Part shown: piece after piece, positions 57,883-64,000 of the stretch
How positions within the stretch are numbered: position 1 is the first letter of the stretch
Layout of the letters: each line of letters begins with the position of its first letter
Assembly: GCA_027064425.1 (NCBI GenBank)
Contig: JAMOPO010000057.1
Coordinates: 1 to 64,000, forward strand
Origin: Methanobacteriota archaeon
Lineage (GTDB): Archaea; JAADCQ01; Methanopyri; Methanopyrales; Methanopyraceae
Length of the DNA: 64,000 bases
Direction of reading: 5' to 3'
Notes under the pieces: generated by a model
Seen by the model: only the letters and a program-made list of their open reading frames with translations
What the model was told of the DNA's origin: nothing
The model's database searches: none
Translations under genes and position numbers: made by a program

Positions 57883-58944
57883 TTAAGACTGGGCCGCGCG
57901 GAGGAACCTGCGCAGCAGGCGCGAGTCCAGCCGCTCCAGGAGCTCGGAGGCGAGCGACATGAGCTCTCGATCCACGGGGAACGGATCCCCGGACTTGCAT
58001 CCGAACGCGAGCGTGTACTCCGCCGGATCCCGGTAGTCGGGCCCCTCCCCGTGCACCACCTCCGCGATCAGGGCCAGTGCCCGCGTGAGCGAGGGCCCGA
58101 CCCCGCGCGTCCGGAGCAGGTCCGTGAAGCTCTCGGGATCCCGCTCGTACAACCGCTCCAGCACCTCCCGGTCCAGTCGGCGCGGCAGGCGGCGCAGAAC
58201 CTCCTCCGGCACCTCCACCCCCCGGTCCGCGTCGATGAACCGATCCAGCGGCCCGCGGATTGAGGCCCGGACCCGCCTCCACTCGCGCAGGACCCGGTCG
58301 GGCCCCTCGGAGACCAGGTCAAGGATCGCCCGGCGGCACCCGCTCGGCTCGTCCCCCTGCAGGGAGAGCACGTCCGCGGGCGCGCTGGCGGCGACGGGGT
58401 GCCGCTCGGTGAAGCTCTCGGTATCCTCCCAGCTCCAGTGGTAGCGGCGGGCCGTGCGCTCCTCGGTGTTCATCCCCTGCTGAATCACGACCCAGCGACC
58501 CGACTCGTCGAAGGCGATCGTGTGATGGTAGAGCTCGTGCCCGTCCTGCAGGCAGACCGTGTCGGACTTGGCCGCGAGGCGGCTGGCCTCGATCAGGGGC
58601 TCGGGATCGACGCCGAGCTCCTCGGCCCGCTCTCGAACGAGCTCCGGGGTCTTGAGCCCGAGGCGCCCCTTGCCACCGACGAGGGCGAGCCCGTGCTCCT
58701 CGGGGTTCAGGGCCTCGCGGAGGGCGGCCGTGACGACGGTCGTGCTGCCGGAGGTGTCCCGCTCGTAGCCCAGGAGGCAGGCGAGGGACTGGAACCACTT
58801 GGGATCGGAGAGGCGGCGGAGGGCGCCCTCGGTCCTGTACTCGTCGACGATGAGCCGGAAGAGCTCCCGGGAGAGTCGGACCATCTCGGGGAAGTGCTTG
58901 GGTGGTGGGCAGCTAACCAGCCGAAGGTCGGCGGCGCGGGGCAA
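57883..58944 (-). CDS. DUF763 family protein
   Basis: RLSDPKWFQ, SGSTTVVT, GGKG, LQDG..LYHH, VIQQGMN, ARRYHW, GVGP, DPAEY.LAFG.K.G.PFPV. Confidence 0.9.
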   Translation of the reverse strand: MPRAADLRLVSCPPPKHFPEMVRLSRELFRLIVDEYRTEGALRRLSDPKWFQSLACLLGYERDTSGSTTVVTAALREALNPEEHGLALVGGKGRLGLKTPELVRERAEELGVDPEPLIEASRLAAKSDTVCLQDGHELYHHTIAFDESGRWVVIQQGMNTEERTARRYHWSWEDTESFTERHPVAASAPADVLSLQGDEPSGCRRAILDLVSEGPDRVLREWRRVRASIRGPLDRFIDADRGVEVPEEVLRRLPRRLDREVLERLYERDPESFTDLLRTRGVGPSLTRALALIAEVVHGEGPDYRDPAEYTLAFGCKSGDPFPVDRELMSLASELLERLDSRLLRRFLRAAQS

Positions 58945-58959
58945 CGGGGCGGTCCCCGT

Positions 58960-58982
58960 ATCGTTACGAGTTTCGTAACGGT
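58960..58982. repeat. Inverted repeat CGTTACGA-GTT-TCGTAACG 3' of tRNA-Met
   Basis: Read directly; 11 nt beyond the CCA. Confidence 0.8.
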
Positions 58983-58991
58983 TTCCGGTTT

Positions 58992-59107
58992 TGGTGCCGG
59001 GGCCGGGATTTGAACCCGGGACCTCGGGGTATCCCAGGCCCGTGTCACCCTCACGGGGTCATCGGGCCCTATGAGCCCCGCGCTCTACCAGGCTAAGCTG
59101 CCCCGGC
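58992..59107 (-). tRNA. tRNA-Met(CAU), elongator type, with 39-nt intron (59031-59069) at 37/38; C8; encoded CCA
   Basis: GCCGGGG/CCCCGGC acceptor, CGGGG/CCCCG anticodon stem, TTCAAAT loop; BHB: CUCA pairs with intron UGGG, bulges UA|G and AU|A. Confidence 0.95.
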
Positions 59108-59170
59108 CTCACCAGGGCCGTGCGGACGCCTTTTGGGGGTGCTAAAAAAGGTTACGTGGGGTGCGCCGGG

Positions 59171-60133
59171 TTGGAGGTGCTGGTAACGCTGAACCCGGAC
59201 GTGAGCCCGGAGGACACGGAGCGCGTGGCGGAGGCCATCAGCAGGGAGCTGGGCGTGCGGGCCAGGCCGGACCCGCTGAAGCCGGTGCGTCGACTCCGGG
59301 TGGAGCTGGAGGGACTGGAGGACCTGGACGAGCTGAGGCGGAGGTTCCCCGAGGTCTCCCGGATCATCATCATCCGGGACGAGGGCGAATCCACGGGCCT
59401 GGAGGAGCTGGTGGCGCGAGCCCGGGAGGCGGTGCGGGGGGAGGTGCGCGAGGACGAGACCTTCGCCGTGGACGCGCGGCGCCTGGACAAGACGCTGCCC
59501 TACAGCTCCCAGGACATCGCGCGGGAGGTGGGGGACGCCGTCCGGAAGGTGACCGGGGCCTCGGTGGACCTCGATAACCCGGACAAGTACGTCGACGTGC
59601 ACGTGTCGGAGGACGGGTACCTGATCGGCGTGACCCCGGCGACGCTGCGGGAGCCGAGCCGGCGGTGGCTGCCCGCGGACGCGTTCCGGCACGTCTACGT
59701 CTGCTGCGAGCGGCCGGAGCTGGAGTACGAGATCGCGGACCTGATCCGGGTGACGGCGGCGCTGGGGTTGGGCGGGCTGATCCTCGTGGAGCCGCGGGAG
59801 GAGAGCCTGGAGCGGGCGCGCGAGAAGGTGGGGGCGGCGTCCCTGGTGAACCTGAGGGTGGTGGACGACCTGGAGGAGGCGGTGGAGGGGTTCGACGTGG
59901 TGGTGGGGCTGCACCCGACGGGACCGGAGGGTGAGTCGCGGCTGGTCCAGCTGGCGCGGTCGGGCGACCGGGTGTGCCTGCTCGTGGGCTCGGAGCGGGA
60001 GGGGCTCAGCCGGCGCGCGAAGCGGCTGGCGGACGCGCTGGTGCACCTGGGCCCGACGACGGCCGAGCCGATGCGGACGGCGAACGCCGTGGCCTACGCG
60101 CTGGGGGTGCTGGCGGGCGCCGCGAGCGATTAA
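59171..60133 (+). CDS. THUMP plus SPOUT RNA methyltransferase (TrmTS-like architecture)
   Basis: TFAVDARR..VDLDNPDK (THUMP); LLVGSEREGLS..ADALVHL..MRTANAVAYAL (SPOUT); TTG 59171. Confidence 0.82.
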   Translation: MEVLVTLNPDVSPEDTERVAEAISRELGVRARPDPLKPVRRLRVELEGLEDLDELRRRFPEVSRIIIIRDEGESTGLEELVARAREAVRGEVREDETFAVDARRLDKTLPYSSQDIAREVGDAVRKVTGASVDLDNPDKYVDVHVSEDGYLIGVTPATLREPSRRWLPADAFRHVYVCCERPELEYEIADLIRVTAALGLGGLILVEPREESLERAREKVGAASLVNLRVVDDLEEAVEGFDVVVGLHPTGPEGESRLVQLARSGDRVCLLVGSEREGLSRRAKRLADALVHLGPTTAEPMRTANAVAYALGVLAGAASD

Positions 60134-60203
60134 TCCCGTCAGCCACCGCTCCCACTCTTCATCGGCGGCGCCTCGTAGACCCGGTTGACACATCATCCGG
60201 GGG
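60134..60203 (-). ncRNA. Box C/D guide sRNA candidate (long first spacer)
   Basis: GGATGA...CCGA-TGAAGA-GTGGGAGCGGTGG-CTGA-CGGGA. Confidence 0.55.
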
Positions 60204-60210
60204 AACCAGC

Positions 60211-61023
60211 TTGCTCGAGCGGGTCTTCCAGCGGGTGCACCGTGAGGGTCGCGGGGCGCTGATCGGGTACTTAACTTGCGGGTACCCGGGCCTCGAGGAA
60301 ACGGTGGAGCTGGCCCGGGCGATGCGCGACGGAGGGGTCGACATCCTGGAGCTGGGAGTGCCCTTCTCCGAGCCCATCGCGGACGGTCCGACGATCCAGA
60401 AGGCCGTCGATGAAGCGCTGAAGGCGGGGACCACGCCCTGGGACTGCCTGGAGGTCGCGGAGGAGGTCTCGGACTTCGTGCCCGTGGTGCTCCTGTGTTA
60501 CTACAACACGCTGCACGCGAACGGGATCCGGCGGTACCTGGAGGCGGCGGCGGACGCGGGCGTGTCCGGGATCATCGTCGCCGATATGCCCGTGGAGGAG
60601 TCCGACGAGGTGTGGGAGGCGGCCAGGGACGTGGGCATCGACGTGATCTACCTGGTGGCCCCCTCCACGACCGAGGAGCGTCTCGAAATGATCGGTGAGC
60701 GGGCCTCGGGCTTCGTCTACGTGATCTCTCGGTACGGCGTCACGGGGGCCCGGGAGGACCTCTCCGAGGGGACCATCGAGCTGGTGCGGTGGGTCCGGGG
60801 CTACGTGGACGTCCCCATCGCCGTCGGGTTCGGGATCTCGAAGCGGTGGCACGTCCGGGAGGTCGTGGCGGCGGGCGCGGACGGCGCGATCGTGGGCTCC
60901 GCCTTCATCGACCTCATCCACGAGTCCGAGGACCTGGAGGAGGCCAGGGAGCGCGTTCGAGAGCTCGCCGAGCGGCTGGTGGAAGGGGCGAGGGAGGGGT
61001 ACGAGCGGCGCTCATCGGGATAG
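60211..61023 (+). CDS. trpA: Tryptophan synthase alpha chain
   Basis: TTG 60211; ELGVPFSEPIADGPTIQ, YYN, SRYGVTG, VGFGIS, DGAIVGSA. Confidence 0.95.
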   Translation: MLERVFQRVHREGRGALIGYLTCGYPGLEETVELARAMRDGGVDILELGVPFSEPIADGPTIQKAVDEALKAGTTPWDCLEVAEEVSDFVPVVLLCYYNTLHANGIRRYLEAAADAGVSGIIVADMPVEESDEVWEAARDVGIDVIYLVAPSTTEERLEMIGERASGFVYVISRYGVTGAREDLSEGTIELVRWVRGYVDVPIAVGFGISKRWHVREVVAAGADGAIVGSAFIDLIHESEDLEEARERVRELAERLVEGAREGYERRSSG

Positions 61024-61386
61024 GGCGCGCCGGGCCGCGGCCTCCAGCATCGAGGCGGCCCGGCCGGCGGCCCTGTCGATCACCCGCTCCAGCTCCTCCT
61101 CCAGCACCTCGTCGGCGACCTCCAGCACCAGGTCCAGCGTCTCCTCGAGCTCGTCCGGATCCGGTAGGTTGGGGTTGGATCGACTCAGCTCCTCCTCCAG
61201 CGCCTCCTCCAGGTGGGCCTGAGCCCGATCGGCCAGCGCGGGCACGAACCGCTCCTGAAGCTCCGTGCTCAGGGTCTCCCGGATCGAGTCCTCGTCCACC
61301 TCGAGCTTCTCCGCCAGGTAGACCTCGCACCACAGGTTCAGCAGGCGGTCCATGAGCCGCTCCCGGACCTCATCCGTTGACACCAT
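61012..61386 (-). CDS. Acidic helical hypothetical protein
   Basis: ATG 61386 after GGAGG; MVSTDEVRERLMDRLL. Confidence 0.65.
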   Translation of the reverse strand: MVSTDEVRERLMDRLLNLWCEVYLAEKLEVDEDSIRETLSTELQERFVPALADRAQAHLEEALEEELSRSNPNLPDPDELEETLDLVLEVADEVLEEELERVIDRAAGRAASMLEAAARRALSR

Positions 61387-61409
61387 CCTCCGAGCCAACG
61401 GGAAGCCCC

Positions 61410-61727
61410 CTACCCCTCGACGCTCAGGTGCTCGTCCAGGTCCTCGAGGATCCTCTTCGCGCTCCGCTCGGCCACCATCCCCAGGATCCACTCCGTGTCC
61501 TTCATCGCCCGCTCGACGGCCCGGCACACCGCGTCGACGAGGAACCGGCACTCGTCCACGTCCACACCGGCCTCGGAGAGCCGCTCCAGGTAACGATCCC
61601 GGAAGTCCTCGCCGAACCGCTCCAGCTCCTCCCGGATCCCGCTCGACAGCTCCCCGAGGCTCAGCTCCTCACGGACGCGGCTCGCCAGGTTGGGCAGCAC
61701 CTCCTCCAGGGGATCCTCCTCCGCCAT
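61410..61727 (-). CDS. Acidic helical hypothetical protein
   Basis: 105-aa ORF with SD GGGGT. Confidence 0.65.
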   Translation of the reverse strand: MAEEDPLEEVLPNLASRVREELSLGELSSGIREELERFGEDFRDRYLERLSEAGVDVDECRFLVDAVCRAVERAMKDTEWILGMVAERSAKRILEDLDEHLSVEG

Positions 61728-61786
61728 CGGGTGACCCCGCCGGTGTTCACGTTCCGACGTAGGATAAGTCCTTCGAAAAGGGGGAA

Positions 61787-61853
61787 GGGGTCGGGAAGTC
61801 CGCCTTCGCTCATCCCCGGTTCCGGGTCGCCCAAGGCTGAACTCCTCATCCCG
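61787..61853 (-). ncRNA. Box C/D guide sRNA candidate
   Basis: GGGATGA-GGAGTTCAGCCTTGG-GCGA-(CCCGG/CCGGG hairpin)-GATGA-GCGAAGGCGGACTTC-CCGA-CCC. Confidence 0.7.
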
Positions 61854-61896
61854 CGCAAGACTTTTTACGCGAGTGGACGCGGTGGGCCCGGGAGGA

Positions 61897-61974
61897 GGGC
61901 CCGCAGCTCAGTCCGGTCAGAGCGCGGGGCTCATAACCCCGTGGTCCCGGGTTCAAATCCCGGCGGGCCCACCA
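61897..61974 (+). tRNA. tRNA-Ile2 (CAU, agmatidine type); C8; encoded CCA
   Basis: GGGCCCG/CGGGCCC acceptor typical of archaeal Ile, CAT anticodon, TTCAAAT loop; TTTTTA TATA at 61862. Confidence 0.9.
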
Positions 61975-61993
61975 CCCCGAATCGTTATGATGA

Positions 61994-62968
61994 CTATAAC
62001 GTTGTCCCGGCCGAGGCCAGCGCGGGTAGCGGGTAGAGCGGGGCCATCGCCGTCATCGTCACCCAGTCCAGCCTCCCCCTCCGACCCCGGAGGTAGAGCG
62101 CGAGCATCGAGGCCATCGGGACCAGGAGGTACGTCAGGTCCCGGGGCGAGAGGTCCCACCGGGTGAAAACCAGTCCTATCGAGACCGGGAACGTGGCCTG
62201 GAACACCATCGCCCCGGTCACGTTGCCCAGGGCGAGGCGGTCGCGCCCGCGGATGTACCAGATCACGCTGTTCACCTTCTCCGGCAGCTCCGTGGCCACC
62301 GGGGTCAGCAGGGAGGAGACGACCAGCGAGCTCAGCCCCACGCTGAGGGAGATCTCCTCGACCCCGCGGGCAAAGCTCCGGGCGCCGAGGACCATCAGGA
62401 GGACGGAGACGGCGAGCAGCAGGGTGGACAGCGCGGCCGCCAAGGCCGGGTGGGCCAGCTCCACGGGGAGGGAGGGGCGCTCGATCGGCTCGCCGATCCC
62501 GGACAGCCGCTTCAGGTAGTACGCGTACAGTGCGATCAGGAGGGCCGCGACCGCGCACCGCAGGGGCCACGACTTGACGAGGGTGGCGAGGAGCGTGAGC
62601 GCGTAGGCGGCCAGGAAGTGGCGGGCGTCGAATCGGAGCTGGTCGCAGCGCACCTCGGGGGAGCCCCTGTACCCGAGCGCGCTGGCGAGCGCGACCGCGA
62701 TCCCGCCGACGCCCATGGCCAGGGTGGAGAGCATGAGCGGGGCGCCGAGGATGGCCCCCACCGCCACGCCTTCCTGCCGGCCCGTGGCGATGGCGACGAT
62801 GGGCACGAGGGTCTCCGGCAGGGCGGTGGCCACGGCCGCCACGAAGCTGCCCACGAAGCCGGCGGGGAGCTTGAACCGGTAGCTGATCCACTCCACGACG
62901 TTGGTAAATACCCAGGCCCCGAGCAGGACCTCCGCCATGCCCGAGACCAGGTCCACGACCGCGCTCAA
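61994..62968 (-). CDS. Na+/Ca2+ exchanger (CaCA family)
   Basis: Two alpha repeats ATALPET..GAP and ATELPEK..GNVTGA; many TM helices. Confidence 0.9.
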   Translation of the reverse strand: MSAVVDLVSGMAEVLLGAWVFTNVVEWISYRFKLPAGFVGSFVAAVATALPETLVPIVAIATGRQEGVAVGAILGAPLMLSTLAMGVGGIAVALASALGYRGSPEVRCDQLRFDARHFLAAYALTLLATLVKSWPLRCAVAALLIALYAYYLKRLSGIGEPIERPSLPVELAHPALAAALSTLLLAVSVLLMVLGARSFARGVEEISLSVGLSSLVVSSLLTPVATELPEKVNSVIWYIRGRDRLALGNVTGAMVFQATFPVSIGLVFTRWDLSPRDLTYLLVPMASMLALYLRGRRGRLDWVTMTAMAPLYPLPALASAGTTL

Positions 62969-62984
62969 GCGGGGGTCCCCTGGG

Positions 62985-63278
62985 TTGGTTAAGGGTACGA
63001 TCAAGCTGAGCCGGTGCGGGCTCAGGGCGCCCGAGTGCGAGCCGGTCCGGCGGTCCTACTTCGAGCGGCTGCGCCGCTTCCGGGACTATCAGGTACGGAA
63101 GCTGTACGAGGAGGGCGTGCGTATAAACGTATTGGCGAGGCTGTTCGACCTGTCCGAGGGCGAGGTTCGGGAGATTCTGCTTAAGCCGCCGAGGTGCGCC
63201 CGGTGCGGCAGGAAGCTCCGCCGGAACGTGCCGCTGTGTTCCGAGTGCGAGCGGGTGCTGAGGGAGTCCGAGGAATGA
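62985..63278 (+). CDS. HTH plus Zn-ribbon small protein
   Basis: INVLARLFDLSEGEVREIL; CARCG..LCSEC; ATGA overlap with mobA; start uncertain. Confidence 0.65.
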   Translation: MVKGTIKLSRCGLRAPECEPVRRSYFERLRRFRDYQVRKLYEEGVRINVLARLFDLSEGEVREILLKPPRCARCGRKLRRNVPLCSECERVLRESEE

Positions 63279-63805
63279 TCGGGGCGGTGCTGATCGGTGG
63301 GCGCGGGCGGCGGATCGGTGGGGACAAGCCCTGGGTGGTCGTGGAGGGGAGGCCGCTGGTCGAGTGGGCGACGAGGCTTCTGAGGCGGGTCGGGTGCGAG
63401 CGGGTTTACGCGGTCGCCCCCGTCCGCGACGCGCGCTGGGACGGTCCAACGATCCGGGACAGCGGGGGAGGGCCCGCGGACGGTATTCGGGCCGTGCTGG
63501 AGGCGTTTCCGGGCGAGCTCGTCTGCGTGACCGCCTGCGACGTGGTGTTCGACCCGGAGGCCTTCTCCCGGTGCGACCCGGTGCCACGGCACGTCAAGGG
63601 AACGCTGTTCCCGATGCTCCTAAGGGCCGAGGAGGTCCCGCGGGCCGAGTCCGTGCGGGAGCTGCTGGACCGGCTGGGCTCGGTCGGCGTGGAGGTGCCG
63701 GCGGTGGACGCGGACCGGCCGGAGGACCTCCCTCGGTACCGGGCGCTGCTGCGTCGGGTCACCGGACGAAGTGCTCGCGGCGCTTCCGCTGGTACTCCTC
63801 GATGA
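63275..63805 (+). CDS. mobA: Molybdenum cofactor guanylyltransferase-like protein
   Basis: LIGGRGRRIGGDK, GPADGI, TACD, DADRPED. Confidence 0.8.
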   Translation: MIGAVLIGGRGRRIGGDKPWVVVEGRPLVEWATRLLRRVGCERVYAVAPVRDARWDGPTIRDSGGGPADGIRAVLEAFPGELVCVTACDVVFDPEAFSRCDPVPRHVKGTLFPMLLRAEEVPRAESVRELLDRLGSVGVEVPAVDADRPEDLPRYRALLRRVTGRSARGASAGTPR

Positions 63806-64000
63806 TGCGCACGATCTCCTCTCGCTGCTCCTCCCGCTCCTCCTCCTTCCACCGCTCTCGGACGCGCTCGATCGCGCGGCGCAGCTCGTCCGACTCGACG
63901 AGTGCCAGGGTGCCGGCGCGCTTGACGGTCACGTCCCGGCCCTCCTCCAGCAGCGGCAGCTTCAGCTCCCGGAACTTGGCCCGGGCCTGCTCGGGCACGG
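63759..64000 (-). CDS. C-terminus of probable DUF460 (COG2433) protein; partial
   Basis: FRELKLPLL..RWKEEE..IVRIIEEYQRKR. Confidence 0.6.
   Translation of the reverse strand, partial: VPEQARAKFRELKLPLLEEGRDVTVKRAGTLALVESDELRRAIERVRERWKEEEREEQREEIVRIIEEYQRKRREHFVR

Noticed and set aside
61987-62014. Perfect C box ATGATGA plus CCGA right after tRNA-Ile2 (possible tRNA-sRNA dicistron)
   Set aside because: No convincing C'/D pair; overlaps the transporter's coding end; treated as part of the palindrome finding

Overview
Very GC-rich, densely coded chromosome segment of a hyperthermophilic methanogenic archaeon, most consistent with Methanopyrus. Supporting signs are C at position 8 of both tRNA genes, separate catalytic and structural tRNA-splicing endonuclease subunits, a MurG-like enzyme, methanogenesis markers 11 and 16, coenzyme M genes and acidic proteins. 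Most of the window is housekeeping: cbiD, mtnA, glnA-nrpR, endA-trpS, hmgA, gatC, ribC, guaAB, hisA/hisG, dadD, ahcY, ychF, the rpl15e-RNase P-proteasome-exosome-prefoldin superoperon, leuA, comA/C/D/E, trpA, mobA, an intron-containing tRNA-Met and tRNA-Ile2. The left about 9 kb is accessory. The least explained signals are: (i) a secreted, circularly permuted staphylococcal-nuclease-like protein running off the left edge and missed by the ORF track; (ii) a hidden layer of guide RNAs, namely about seven box C/D candidates and two two-hairpin box H/ACA candidates, one apparently joined to a C/D module whose guides can pair with it in cis; (iii) an AT-rich palindrome ATCGTTAY-N6/7-RTAACG found three times, twice just 3' of tRNAs; (iv) a tRNA-Ile2 leader carrying a 10-nt anti-acceptor/anti-CC sequence; and (v) tandem NrpR-type operators before glnA. 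No CRISPR array, rRNA, transposase or integrase was seen. All family assignments come from motif recognition only; no searches were run.
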